Positions 28,670 to 38,653 of a stretch of 64,000 bases of DNA are shown here, piece by piece. The DNA lies in IMG/VR virus record IMGVR_UViG_2681813318_000003; one strand, 5' to 3'. Positions within the stretch are counted from its first letter, which is position 1. Each line of letters opens with the position of its first letter. The notes under the pieces were generated by a model. That model did no database searches. It was not told the origin of the DNA and was given only the letters and a program-made list of their open reading frames with translations. The stretch is from a virus (lineage: Duplodnaviria; Heunggongvirae; Uroviricota; Caudoviricetes). Position numbers and translations under genes: made by a program.

Positions 28670-29341
28670 CTACATACTTTCTGATCTAATTGAGTTGTTC
28701 ACTGCTCTGGCAATTTTCTCCCGCAATTGCTGCGTTCCGTGGTACTGAACCGCAATATCCCGCAACTCGTTCACCAGTTCTCTAATCTGGTGATCTTTAA
28801 GCTCATTATTTGGGTGATGGGTAACAACTCTGGTTAATTCACCCTTGTCTTTTGCCCTTACGTATGCAGCTCTTGTGCATTCGACCCATGTATTACCGCC
28901 TACATTAACTTCGTAGATTAGGCTAGACTTATCTGTCAATTCGGAACAAATACGGGCCGTGGTCTGGCAACTAGAGCATTCGCAGTTATCGCGGAAACCG
29001 TGGTCTACTGGCTTCGGTTTCACATCATCAACTTTTTCTACCCTATTGGAATTTAAATACTTCGAAGCCTTGCTATGCCAATCGCTGGTTTTAGGATCTT
29101 GTCCATCCATCAAACGCCAGGCTTCAGCGATTAACTCATAACTAGTGACTGTAGCTTCCTGCGCATCACCAATAAGTCGTGTAATCTCTCTTTCAAGCCG
29201 ACCGCCTAGCTCTGTTTTAGTGCAATGTTCTGACCAATCGCCAGCCTCAAGCAGCGCGAGAATGCTTAAAATATCGTCCAATAGATCAGTGGTATTATCG
29301 ACTTCCTTCTGAAGCTCACCGGCTACTGATTTATGCATCAT
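28670..29341 (-). CDS. Hypothetical protein
   Basis: 223-aa ORF, first of a run of small minus-strand accessory genes. Confidence 0.4.
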   Translation of the reverse strand: MMHKSVAGELQKEVDNTTDLLDDILSILALLEAGDWSEHCTKTELGGRLEREITRLIGDAQEATVTSYELIAEAWRLMDGQDPKTSDWHSKASKYLNSNRVEKVDDVKPKPVDHGFRDNCECSSCQTTARICSELTDKSSLIYEVNVGGNTWVECTRAAYVRAKDKGELTRVVTHHPNNELKDHQIRELVNELRDIAVQYHGTQQLREKIARAVNNSIRSESM

Positions 29342-29559
29342 TCGTCATCCTCATCCGAGTCATCCTCATCACAGAATGAAAGTAGTGGGTTAGTCATTCG
29401 CCCTACCTGAGTAGCGTAGCCACGCCGACAGAGATTGCGCAGCACACTGTATATTTCGAACATCTCGGTTCGTTCACCGCCAACATCAAGCTCAGATGCT
29501 ATAGCGTGACATTCAGTCGCGAGAGCCGATATTTTCTGAAATAACTCTGCTTTATTCAC
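29338..29559 (-). CDS. Hypothetical small acidic protein
   Basis: 73 aa with poly-acidic C-terminus DEDDSDEDDE; translationally coupled to neighbours. Confidence 0.35.
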   Translation of the reverse strand: MNKAELFQKISALATECHAIASELDVGGERTEMFEIYSVLRNLCRRGYATQVGRMTNPLLSFCDEDDSDEDDE

Positions 29560-30256
29560 TCTGCGACTCCTGCGGAGGTTCTGGTAGCGGCATCCAATGG
29601 GTTACGTTGCTAATCAGTCCATATTCATTAGTTTGAGGATGGCCGCCGCGATCGTCTCCGTATTTAAAACTTTCCATAAAACCATAATGCTTACCCCCAT
29701 TAACGCTCACAAAGCCGTAATAAGCTGGTATAACGCCGATCTCACACGTAATCAGCAAAGGAAAACCAGTTCTCCAATTTAGCTCGCCGATTACAGGCAT
29801 TCGCTCACTACAGCTTATCCAGCTATCCTTAATGCCACTATCTTGACTCTGAAGCATGGCGGCACGACAGGCGTTCCAGCCTCTCACCTCTGCAATAGCG
29901 GCAACAGCATCGACCGCGTACATTTTAAGAGGGTTAGGCATTGGTTTTTCTTCAGGTACTACTGGAATGGGTGGGGCGGCGTAGACCTCAATAATTCCAT
30001 TATCAATAGGCCATTCTCCATCCTTGAGGTAGTCACTTGTGCCGTCAACTTGCTGTTCTGCAATGTGGAATGCACCTATTGGTTTTGCCTCAAGCGAGGC
30101 CAGTGCAATTCGTGCCAGTTCTAGATCTCGTTCAACCATCTCAAGAACAACTTTGCAGTCCGCACCTTCTTTGCTAACACGTCCTTTCAAGTTTTCCAGA
30201 TAACTAACGCTTTCGCGTGCATGGGAGATTAACTGTTCTTTGGTAAAGGTGGTCAT
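29552..30256 (-). CDS. DUF551-like phage protein (tentative)
   Basis: C-terminal GDDRGGHPQTNEYGLISNVTHWMPLPEPP resembles the conserved C-terminal motif of DUF551 proteins common in enterobacterial prophages. Confidence 0.35.
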   Translation of the reverse strand: MTTFTKEQLISHARESVSYLENLKGRVSKEGADCKVVLEMVERDLELARIALASLEAKPIGAFHIAEQQVDGTSDYLKDGEWPIDNGIIEVYAAPPIPVVPEEKPMPNPLKMYAVDAVAAIAEVRGWNACRAAMLQSQDSGIKDSWISCSERMPVIGELNWRTGFPLLITCEIGVIPAYYGFVSVNGGKHYGFMESFKYGDDRGGHPQTNEYGLISNVTHWMPLPEPPQESQSE

Positions 30257-30444
30257 TAGGCAGCTCTCTCAACAACAAGCAATTCGTCGTAGTCATAATC
30301 AGTTTCGGAGCCATCCGTACCGAACAGAGTCACTTTGTCACCGTCCATCCAGAAAGATTTAACCGCACATTGTTGACCTTTAGATGTTATGACCACATCA
30401 CCAGGTATTACGTCCTCAGCGCGAACTTCTATAGTTCTCATCAT
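30256..30444 (-). CDS. Hypothetical small protein
   Basis: ORF 30256..30570 trimmed to the internal ATG (MMRTIEV) that abuts the upstream stop. Confidence 0.3.
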   Translation of the reverse strand: MMRTIEVRAEDVIPGDVVITSKGQQCAVKSFWMDGDKVTLFGTDGSETDYDYDELLVVERAA

Positions 30445-30764
30445 GCTGATCCCTCTTTCTCTCCCCGGATAATTCTGTTGCACACATCCACGCACTCGTC
30501 GCAGATAAAAACGGCGTCCCCAGCAATTAACTTTTTGACGGCGTGCTGGGATTTGTTGCAGAAGCTGCAATAAAGCGTTCGCCTAACGGATACGGATGGT
30601 GCGCCAGATGTCAGCCGCGCCATATCGTTCTTGCGGCGCAACATCACACGGCTGAACTCAACCAGTTTCTCTGGGGATATCTCCTCCTCCGTAGCTAGCG
30701 TCTCTAGTCGTTCGAGTATGTGGAAGGCTTTTTCCTGGGTAATTGCAGAATGCGATGTGGTCAT
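30441..30764 (-). CDS. Small protein with ClpX-type C4 zinc-binding domain
   Basis: [36 protein letters not shown] closely parallels the ClpX N-terminal zinc-binding domain ([36 protein letters not shown]); no AAA+ module follows. Confidence 0.55.
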   Translation of the reverse strand: MTTSHSAITQEKAFHILERLETLATEEEISPEKLVEFSRVMLRRKNDMARLTSGAPSVSVRRTLYCSFCNKSQHAVKKLIAGDAVFICDECVDVCNRIIRGEKEGSA

Positions 30765-31106
30765 CTTCTTTCACCTTAATTTTCGACACGATCATGATTT
30801 AGCCAAAATCCACCATCCCGAAATGAGTGCATAATCTGACCAACATGAGTGAACAATCCCGTTCTCCTGTTGCTGATTCTTGTCCATTGCAAGACTCGAG
30901 GGTCGTTTCTACGAACTAATAGAATCTTTGCTTTACGGTTTTTCATCGTTTTGCTCTCCTGCGTTTCTTTGCTGCACGCCGAGCCGCCGCGATACCAGTA
31001 CGACGCTTTGATGCAGGAATACCGGTTCCATCAGAAAAGACATGCGACTTTATGAGTGATGTTGACGCCCAAAGGCGAATTGGGTGTGGAAGCAAGCCGA
31101 AGAACA

Positions 31107-31352
31107 CTATCTGCATTTCACACCACCATTTGTATTCGGTGAGCTATTTACTTCTTTCGCGTTAGCTTTGCGCTTAACTTCTCGAACGGTATAAGAAAGG
31201 TCATTAAGCATGATGACCGACGCCATAATATTGCAATGCAGTTGCTCTTCGACACGGTTAAGCATTATTCGCAAATCCGGGTGTTCCGCTTCAAATCTTG
31301 CACGCTCAATCTGCCATAAGTTGGCGGCTTCTAACGTTTTATTGGTTGCCAT
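31107..31352 (-). CDS. Hypothetical small protein
   Basis: 81-aa ORF with ATG at 31352. Confidence 0.3.
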   Translation of the reverse strand: MATNKTLEAANLWQIERARFEAEHPDLRIMLNRVEEQLHCNIMASVIMLNDLSYTVREVKRKANAKEVNSSPNTNGGVKCR

Positions 31353-31353
31353 A

Positions 31354-31803
31354 TCAAACTCCTTTGCGAAGCTCAGCGGCGAAGGCTACTGCGTGATCAT
31401 GATGTTCAAGTGTGTATGCATACTCCGCAAACATCTCCACGCCCTGCGCACGTACTTCAGCCAGAAAAGCATCGGTGGCTGGAGTCTCCGTCAATTCGCT
31501 AACCCAATTATCTCCGTGTTCCTCGGCACACATCGCATCGAATGCTCGCTCAGATTCTTTCAGGGCTGCATTCTCCGCCGCTAATGCGTCTCTTTGCGCC
31601 CGCAACTTCTCAATTTCGGCAGCCATGTAGTAACCAACCATAGCGAAGACGGCAAAAGAGTTGTCTGCCTCATCAGGCGACACTGAGGCCATTAGCAGGC
31701 CATCGTAAAAATCGTGACTCCCATTGGTGATCGCCACCGCATAGGAGTCGTGGTTCTCGCGCTTGTGAATGAGAACTACGGGATTTTCGATTTTGTTACT
31801 CAT
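31354..31803 (-). CDS. Hypothetical protein
   Basis: 149-aa ORF; conserved start context AGAGAAAAACACATG; inverted class A motif about 70 nt upstream. Confidence 0.4.
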   Translation of the reverse strand: MSNKIENPVVLIHKRENHDSYAVAITNGSHDFYDGLLMASVSPDEADNSFAVFAMVGYYMAAEIEKLRAQRDALAAENAALKESERAFDAMCAEEHGDNWVSELTETPATDAFLAEVRAQGVEMFAEYAYTLEHHDHAVAFAAELRKGV

Positions 31804-31941
31804 GTGTTTTTCTCTTCTTTGCTGTTACATAAGCACTACCAAGTGCTGGTTTATTTTCACAAATAAGAAAATGTAGAAAACAATTTATTTAAGGCCATAA
31901 GTTATGGCCTTTATTTATTCATGCAGAAGGATTTGTAGCGC

Positions 31942-32322
31942 CTAATTGCCGGATAAAATGGGTTGAGGTGCTTGCCAGTAAGCTCCACCGTCCCATGTGA
32001 ACCCCATGCGAATAAGAGTGTTTATTGCGGCTTTGGTAGACTCTGATTCGACGCTGACTTTTCGAAACTCTTGAACCTCTTTCGCCAACTTGTATGTAAT
32101 TGTGCAGGGGACGATTGCAGCCCAGCCTTTCTCATGACTGTTAATGACCATCTGGATGTGACCATCCAGAATAGGTTGATTAGGCATGTTATTGAAAACG
32201 TCTGCCTGTTTTTGAATGTGAAGAAAAAGCCTTGCCAGCGCCATTTGCTCACTACGAGACAAGGGATTATCAAGAGGACTTTTTGCAAAAGCTGCTATAC
32301 GCTGTGCATCAATGCCAAACAT
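31942..32322 (-). CDS. Hypothetical protein
   Basis: 126-aa ORF, start coupled to the stop of the upstream gene. Confidence 0.35.
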   Translation of the reverse strand: MFGIDAQRIAAFAKSPLDNPLSRSEQMALARLFLHIQKQADVFNNMPNQPILDGHIQMVINSHEKGWAAIVPCTITYKLAKEVQEFRKVSVESESTKAAINTLIRMGFTWDGGAYWQAPQPILSGN

Positions 32323-33026
32323 CAGCGCACCTCACCATCTTTATGGCTGGAGTTAACTTCCGCCATTAAATGTCTGACGTAATCGACAAGAGAGCCATCT
32401 GGTGGAATCTGGCATTCCTCAACTAACTGGAAGTAGATATCCGCTGCATTACGTGTATTACTACCCGCGCATATTCTTTCTTCCCGAAGTGCATGAAGCT
32501 CGTTGATCAAACGGTCACACTCTCCGTTACGCTGATCCACAACGGCCTCAAGCTCTGCGACGCGTTCACCTGGCGTCTTACCTTCTTTGCGTTGGATGGT
32601 AACGACGAAATCGCCAATTGCAGGGACGTTGTAATCCAGCTCAAGGTAGTTTTTGGCACCGCTGCGGACGAACTCACCCGCGAACATGGTGGCGAACATC
32701 GCAGAGGCCACTTCGCCGTTGAAAAGTGACTCCAGATCTAACGGAGTCCCGGCAGCAAGAGCCTCTTTTGCTGTATCCATTGCATCCATGAACCGATCAA
32801 ACTCACTAGCGCGCTTTTCCAGGTCTTTCCATTGCTCGCTCCAACGTTTGGCAACGAAGTCTATGAATGTTTTCGCGGATTCATCAAAATCCCCCTCAAA
32901 CTTAACGATGCCTTTATCAATAATGATCTGGCCTACCGCATCCTCTGCATAACCTTTCAATGTAAACTTGAAAGGAAAATCAGAATGGCCTGTGACGTTA
33001 AAATGCTCTAACTGGAGGTTGTTCAT
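32322..33026 (-). CDS. Hypothetical protein
   Basis: 234-aa ORF; start context GAGAAAAACACATG. Confidence 0.4.
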   Translation of the reverse strand: MNNLQLEHFNVTGHSDFPFKFTLKGYAEDAVGQIIIDKGIVKFEGDFDESAKTFIDFVAKRWSEQWKDLEKRASEFDRFMDAMDTAKEALAAGTPLDLESLFNGEVASAMFATMFAGEFVRSGAKNYLELDYNVPAIGDFVVTIQRKEGKTPGERVAELEAVVDQRNGECDRLINELHALREERICAGSNTRNAADIYFQLVEECQIPPDGSLVDYVRHLMAEVNSSHKDGEVR

Positions 33027-33087
33027 GTGTTTTTCTCTTATCGTTTAGTTATTACATTCTTACACAAATTAAGTAAGTATTTACCTA

Positions 33088-34773
33088 TCATTTAACGCAT
33101 TTGAAAACGTATACGCTGACTGTGATCCCTGTGTCTTCAAACTCGTTGGTAAACGACTTCCCTCTGGCATAAACGTAATTATCCATCGTCATCCAGTCCA
33201 GTATTGGCGCAGTGCCCGGCAATACTGCTACAAGACGCCCGCCGACTTTCAGATGCCCCAGCGCAGCCAGCGTGTGCTCTCTATGACGACCAAGCGAGTA
33301 CGGCGGGTTCATAACGATTTTGTCGAACTGATAACCTGCGTTGTCCTCAGACCACTTTATGAAGTCGCAGCAAATCGTGTTCGTATACCCTTTTCCACGC
33401 AGGATATCAGCGAAGAGAGGTGCGATTTCTATGCAGGTAACATCTTCCAGATCGGCGTTAATATAGGCCAGAAGATCCCCACGTCCGGCTTGAGGCTCCA
33501 ACAGCTTCTCACCAGGCTTCAATTCAGTGGCTCTGGCAACGTACTCAGCAATCAAGCGTGGGGTAGGGTAGAACTGGTGTGATTTTGTATCCGGTATTAA
33601 ACCGGTAGCCACAATCGTATTTAGCGTATGGCCGATCTCATACGGGAACTGCCAGTGCTTTTTCTCCTGCACGCCGCCAATGAAGCTCAGTGTGCGCTCA
33701 AGCTCTTCCACCTGCGACTTCTGGAGAGCTGAATCAGAGAAGTACCATACGCCTTTGTCTTTGCTCAATCGCCCGTCACGAAGCGCAGTGCGAACCGGCA
33801 TGGAGATCGTCTTCTGGATTAACCCGAACTGCTTTGGTGCCCGTGTTTTTGGCGCAGTTCGGCATGGCGCGGGAATTGCAGCAGGCATACTGTAAGCCAG
33901 CACCTCATTCAACTTCCAGGCCACGTCAGGATGTATTTCAAAGTGAACGTTGCCGTTCTTGAACATCTTCACGCGCATCAGATTTCCATCGACGTTCATC
34001 CAGTCACCGGTCTGGCAGTCGTTTGCCCGATACGCAGCTGATAGCACCTCAGCAGTGCGGTTGATGGTAATAAATTCTTTGTGCGCGAAGAAATGAAGCA
34101 AGACACGCAGATCGTCGATGTAGTCCTCTTTGCGATAGTTCACGCTAACGCTGTCCCGCCAGAAATCAGAAATGCAGTCAGCGATTATCAGACGCTCGCT
34201 GAAACCGTTTGTCTTATTTGTCTTGTGCGCAGGACTCAGCGCCTTAAACAAGCCATACACGCGCTCAGAGAGATATTTGTGCCTGTCATTCAGCAAATTA
34301 AGCATCGTGGGTATGACCGTTTCTGCTTTGAACTCCGGTACACCAACGAACTCTTTAACCTTCATCTGGTAGCCGGTTCTGTCAGTTTTGATGACTTCCT
34401 GTTTGCCCTCTATAAACTGCTCGCGCCACTCATCTCGACGGGAAGCTGGCATGATCAGCAAAACGTTAGTCATATCCGTGACCTTCCTCCAGTACTCGGC
34501 CCAAATATTCTGTTTCACCCATTCCAGATCGACTTTATCCAACCAACCTCGATTTAAACGCGAGCGATCTTCATCTGGTCGATGGTTTAGTCGCAGCAGG
34601 CGATTAATCATGTTGTGGCGTTCGTCGCCATAAACGAAGTCGTGTACCTGATACATGAAGGCGATCTCTTTCTCGCACTCGGCCACGATTTCGTGGATGA
34701 CATTCATTTCCTGACGATAGTCGATAGCCGTGTTTGAGCTGGCATCGTCGATGATGGAAAGGGCTGTATTCAT
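33088..34773 (-). CDS. DNA N6-adenine (or N4-cytosine) methyltransferase with large N-terminal domain, orphan
   Basis: C-terminal SAM-binding LLEPQAGRGDL and catalytic IVMNPPY; 561 aa; no restriction endonuclease partner nearby. Confidence 0.6.
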   Translation of the reverse strand: MNTALSIIDDASSNTAIDYRQEMNVIHEIVAECEKEIAFMYQVHDFVYGDERHNMINRLLRLNHRPDEDRSRLNRGWLDKVDLEWVKQNIWAEYWRKVTDMTNVLLIMPASRRDEWREQFIEGKQEVIKTDRTGYQMKVKEFVGVPEFKAETVIPTMLNLLNDRHKYLSERVYGLFKALSPAHKTNKTNGFSERLIIADCISDFWRDSVSVNYRKEDYIDDLRVLLHFFAHKEFITINRTAEVLSAAYRANDCQTGDWMNVDGNLMRVKMFKNGNVHFEIHPDVAWKLNEVLAYSMPAAIPAPCRTAPKTRAPKQFGLIQKTISMPVRTALRDGRLSKDKGVWYFSDSALQKSQVEELERTLSFIGGVQEKKHWQFPYEIGHTLNTIVATGLIPDTKSHQFYPTPRLIAEYVARATELKPGEKLLEPQAGRGDLLAYINADLEDVTCIEIAPLFADILRGKGYTNTICCDFIKWSEDNAGYQFDKIVMNPPYSLGRHREHTLAALGHLKVGGRLVAVLPGTAPILDWMTMDNYVYARGKSFTNEFEDTGITVSVYVFKCVK

Positions 34774-34920
34774 AATTACACCATTAAATAATTTGTTTTC
34801 TTATTGGTGTAATTATCGCAAACTTGAAAAGGCATAAAAGCTGCATTCATAGGCGTTACAGCAGATTTAAGGCGTAAAAATGGGGGCTTTCGCCCCCTGT
34901 CGACTTGTGCGGTATTAGAA

Positions 34921-35484
34921 TTATGCGTATTGCGTTTTGTGCGGTTGCTTATTCAAGTCGTGGCGATGCGTAAGCTCCCGCATCATGTCTTCAAGCCGAC
35001 TTTTCGTATCATCAAGCTGGTCGGCCATTGCTCCCAAAAGCTGGCGAACGGCCATTGGATCGTCACTGTTTAGTGATGGCATTTTATATCCCGCTTTAGA
35101 AGACATAAGATTGATTGCAGACATCAACATCGTTAGAGAAGACTTAAGTCCGGCAATTTCACGATCTTTGCTGGCAATAATCGTCTCACTATTGTTACCG
35201 TCATGGGTTCCTTGAGTCTCGCTCACCATATCCAAAGTCGCCTGCAACTTATTAGCGCGCTCTTTTTCAGCAAGATAATGAACACCGAAATGGTGTGCCA
35301 AAGCTACAACCTGAGTTGGCTCTTCAAAGGTGGAATTAAAATTAAGTACTGTAAACAGTCTCTCAAATATAGAAACGTCTTCTGTTCCCCGAACAATGCC
35401 TAACATTTTGACAAGTTCATTAGCATCCATTTCTTCGAATAGGGCGTTTTGTTCATCAGCTATTGCTTTGCATTTCTCGCACAT
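34921..35484 (-). CDS. Hypothetical protein
   Basis: 187-aa ORF with start context AAGGAAAACACATG and a class A motif upstream. Confidence 0.4.
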   Translation of the reverse strand: MCEKCKAIADEQNALFEEMDANELVKMLGIVRGTEDVSIFERLFTVLNFNSTFEEPTQVVALAHHFGVHYLAEKERANKLQATLDMVSETQGTHDGNNSETIIASKDREIAGLKSSLTMLMSAINLMSSKAGYKMPSLNSDDPMAVRQLLGAMADQLDDTKSRLEDMMRELTHRHDLNKQPHKTQYA

Positions 35485-35781
35485 GTGTTTTCCTTAATGC
35501 TTAAACAAGTTGTTTTCTAATTGGATTTATTGTGATGTGGCATAAAAGGGGAGCAAGCTAAACGTAAAGGTGCAAACTCTCTATTTCGGTCAACGAAACA
35601 CAAGGGCCATTTGGCCCTTGTCATTAACACGTTGCTTTACGGACTAGCGGATAAGCGAAGTAGATCGCCAGGCCAATGAGGACGCCATCAGAAATGACAG
35701 ACATCATCTTTCCCGTAAAATCCACCAACACCGCCATCACCAGAAGAGCAATGACGGTCACAAGCCGGAATCTCTCAAGCA

Positions 35782-36207
35782 TTAGAGATAAGCATCCAGT
35801 GACAACTGAAGCGCCTGGGCTATCTTTTTCAGCGCCTGCTCTTCTTGTTCTCCAATACCGTCTTGGTCGGCAATATCAAGGCACAGACACAGAACATCGA
35901 CCGCCTCTGGAGTACCCGCAATATCAGACAGCTCACGAATAGCCTGTGCATTAGCAGAACGAGGGGACGCTTCGTAACGAGCACGGATATTGGCGCTCAT
36001 TTGGGCAATTTCACCAGCAAACGGAGAAAACGCAGGCAGAGCTGCAATTGTCTTCTCAAGAATGGCAATTTCTTTTGCGTCACATGTGCCGTCGGCATAG
36101 GAGATCATGTACGCGCCCCACACGGTGGCCTCAACCGCATCACGGTTCTCCATTTTTTTGACTTCAATAACAGCTTTACGAGTTTTCTTTTTGAAGAAAC
36201 CTAACAT
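35782..36207 (-). CDS. TerB-like domain protein (tentative)
   Basis: YADGTCDAKEIAILEKTIAALPA segment resembles the TerB fold signature; class A motif upstream. Confidence 0.35.
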   Translation of the reverse strand: MLGFFKKKTRKAVIEVKKMENRDAVEATVWGAYMISYADGTCDAKEIAILEKTIAALPAFSPFAGEIAQMSANIRARYEASPRSANAQAIRELSDIAGTPEAVDVLCLCLDIADQDGIGEQEEQALKKIAQALQLSLDAYL

Positions 36208-36300
36208 GTGTTTTCCTTTTATTATTTGTCAGAACAAGTTGTTTTCTAGTTTCATAAATTGCTTGCGCAAAGATGGTCAATGCATATGCACTAACAACCG

Positions 36301-36489
36301 TCAGAAATAACCAAGTACCGAACCAACTGGAAAAACAAAAATCCCAACTACACGAGCCAAGGTCATGCCAGCCTGAAACTGGAGATCACCAGAGCAAACA
36401 AGTTTTATAATGTTCGATACCCAACCGGCGGCCATGAGGGCCAGAATTGCCAGCCAAATTTTTCCAAAGTGATTTGAAAACCAGTTCAT
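36301..36489 (-). CDS. Small two-TM membrane protein
   Basis: 62 aa with hydrophobic stretches IWLAILALMAAGWV and VVGIFVFPVGSVLGYF. Confidence 0.4.
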   Translation of the reverse strand: MNWFSNHFGKIWLAILALMAAGWVSNIIKLVCSGDLQFQAGMTLARVVGIFVFPVGSVLGYF

Positions 36490-36737
36490 ACAACCGCCTT
36501 AGTCACAACATGATCCTGAGTAACTGGATGAACTTGAGGTATCGCATCCACCGTCATCCCATCCAGAGTGACAGGACGCTCTACTGGAGTGGTGGTAATT
36601 GTCGTCGACGGAGGTGTGGTGATGGATGAATCCGGCATCAAAAGGCTCTGGCCGGCTGGAACAGCTACCGTCGCCAGTGAAACTATAATGAGAACGTAGG
36701 CCATTGGTTTCAGCCTCTTTCTTTGAAAATTTTCCAT
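36486..36737 (-). CDS. Small signal-anchored Pro/Thr-rich protein
   Basis: 83 aa, TM segment MAYVLIIVSLATVAVPAG, SD AAGGA before ATG 36737; lies in a different frame inside the longer ORF 36499..36993. Confidence 0.4.
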   Translation of the reverse strand: MENFQRKRLKPMAYVLIIVSLATVAVPAGQSLLMPDSSITTPPSTTITTTPVERPVTLDGMTVDAIPQVHPVTQDHVVTKAVV

Positions 36738-36993
36738 TCGAACTGTCCTTGTTGTTTTTCTCCTTCACTAAAGGCCGTGCATTTTTCGCTTGGTGTGAAG
36801 AACCAGAGGTAACAATCGCCCCCACGTTCGCAACAACTGACGCTTGCTTATCTAAACGTTCATTCAGCAACCGAACGGTAGTCTCCAGTTCATCAAGACG
36901 TGACAGAACACGACCGCTAAATAATTCGGCCAAAATTTGACGTAGTGAACGAGGACGTTTAGTTGCAGAAGTGAAATAGGTTTGACGTGCCAT
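36499..36993 (-). CDS. Hypothetical protein (extent uncertain; overlaps the 83-aa gene out of frame)
   Basis: 164-aa ORF with SD GGAG before ATG 36993; C-terminal half is low complexity, so either the real gene ends early or this is an embedded-gene arrangement. Confidence 0.25.
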   Translation of the reverse strand: MARQTYFTSATKRPRSLRQILAELFSGRVLSRLDELETTVRLLNERLDKQASVVANVGAIVTSGSSHQAKNARPLVKEKNNKDSSNGKFSKKEAETNGLRSHYSFTGDGSCSSRPEPFDAGFIHHHTSVDDNYHHSSRASCHSGWDDGGCDTSSSSSYSGSCCD

Positions 36994-37138
36994 GTGGACT
37001 CCATCCAGTGTCAGAAAGAGTTGCGGCTGGCGATTGCCAGCCGCCTTTCTCGTTCCATCCTGGAACTGTGTCTTACCGACACATTGTCATCCTGACGCCG
37101 ATAAGATACATGATTTAATATGATAGGTAAACACTTAC

Positions 37139-37732
37139 TTACCACTTGTTGTAAATAAAACCAATGTCTTTCTTGTGAGGCGTATCGGCTGCGGAAAAAG
37201 CTGCGATCTTCGCGAGTCGATCACATATTTCATTTTCACGATGCCCGGCGTGACCTTTAACCCACTTCCAGCGAACATTATGTCGACTTGCGGCCTCATC
37301 CAGACGTTTCCACAGATCAACATTCTTTACCGGTTTTTTATCAGAAGTCATCCATCCATTACGTTTCCACCATTTCATCCACTGTGTCATGCCGTTTTTC
37401 AGATACTGGCTATCAGAGTACAAAATAACGTTGCATGGATATTTCAAACGCTCCAGCCCGATAAGTGCGCCCATCATCTCCATGCGGTTATTGGTGGTGC
37501 TATGAAAACCATCTGAGAACTCGCGTTCCTCACCACGATACTGGAGAACGATACCGTAACCGCCCGGGCCACCCGGATTTTTAAGGCAAGAGCCATCACT
37601 AAAGATTTTCACGGTTTTGAGCTGGGGATTGAACTCTACGACAGGCGTTGTGGGATTGGTGCGGGGAGAATTTTTGTTTTTGTCTTTTTTGCGAGTTTTT
37701 GCTTGCGATCGGGCTGGTGTCTTCGTCGTCAT
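37139..37732 (-). CDS. Ribonuclease HI with basic N-terminal extension
   Basis: [58 protein letters not shown] align to E. coli RnhA catalytic motifs; start at ATG 37732 with SD CAGGAG. Confidence 0.85.
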   Translation of the reverse strand: MTTKTPARSQAKTRKKDKNKNSPRTNPTTPVVEFNPQLKTVKIFSDGSCLKNPGGPGGYGIVLQYRGEEREFSDGFHSTTNNRMEMMGALIGLERLKYPCNVILYSDSQYLKNGMTQWMKWWKRNGWMTSDKKPVKNVDLWKRLDEAASRHNVRWKWVKGHAGHRENEICDRLAKIAAFSAADTPHKKDIGFIYNKW

Positions 37733-38316
37733 ATAAACTCCTGAATCAATCGCCGCGCCGATTTTTTTTCCTCGCGCGTGCGCACACGCGTGCGTGTTAA
37801 TAATTATTAAAATAAACAAATTACTTCCCAGAACAGGTTTTTATAAACCTGAACTGAACGAACGAAGTGAGTGAAGTTCACCTCGAACGAAGTGAGAGGT
37901 TGTCTTTTCAGGTAATACTCTCCCAGGGAGGTGAGTATAAAATTCCTCACCAACCTGGTCGTTTCATAACCTGAAAAGCTATGGTCTAAGTCTACTGCCA
38001 GCTTAGACTTGGGAAGTTATGGATGACAGCACCCCAGAACCGAGATCTTCCCACACTTTATGAAGGGGAGTACTGGATTCAACCTCTCGAAACACCCCAG
38101 ACTCGACAATCATAAAGTGACCCTTGTCTCTGCTCACTTTGGTTCCCCCTTCCCCGACACCTATACGGCACCGGTTCTACGCTGGTAGTGAGCTTTTTTA
38201 AACCTGACGCCAGTGACGCTTACCCCCACCCATCAGGTCGAGCCTCCAGTCTACGACTGGAAACTATCATATCTTAGCACTTACAATTCACTTTATGAAT
38301 AGTTTGTACTTATCTA
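37733..38316. other. About 580-bp non-coding region with multiple inverted repeats (candidate structured RNA or cis element)
   Basis: No ORF; alternating GC tract CGCGCGTGCGCACACGCGTGCG, GAACGAAGTGAG direct repeats, CTCCCAGGGAG and TAAGTCTA..TAGACTT palindromes. Confidence 0.3.
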
Positions 38317-38547
38317 TCATTGTGATTGATTATTTTCTCGACCATGTAGTTGAACATTCAAGGCAAACACCTCATTGATCAACTCACCTAAAAGCTGTTC
38401 AACAAGTTCGCGATGCTCGCCAAGATGCAAGCACTTAATTGCCCACTCGTACAAGTTGAAAGCCTGCTCACGATCTTTCATCATTTCACGAGCCTGGGCC
38501 AGAAAATCGCTCTCTACGAGCGCAACGACATTAGTCGGGTATGACAT
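38317..38547 (-). CDS. Hypothetical small protein
   Basis: ORF 38317..38571 trimmed to ATG 38547 (MSYPTNV) with SD AAGGA. Confidence 0.35.
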   Translation of the reverse strand: MSYPTNVVALVESDFLAQAREMMKDREQAFNLYEWAIKCLHLGEHRELVEQLLGELINEVFALNVQLHGRENNQSQ

Positions 38548-38653
38548 GTTGGTTTCCTTAAAGTGGTTCATAAAATCGATTTTAAAGCGTCTGGGAAGGG
38601 GTTCTAGTGGATTCTGTAGTGATGTTCAGGTCTGGAGTCTCTGATACAAAACA

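Noticed and set aside
36301-36993. Lysis cassette (holin plus spanins)
   Set aside because: No endolysin-like gene is adjacent and the embedded protein lacks a lipobox; kept as an open question in the findings instead of an annotation.
37733-37819. N-terminal extension of the RNase H ORF
   Set aside because: Encoded by the alternating GC tract with no SD; ATG 37732 has a CAGGAG SD.
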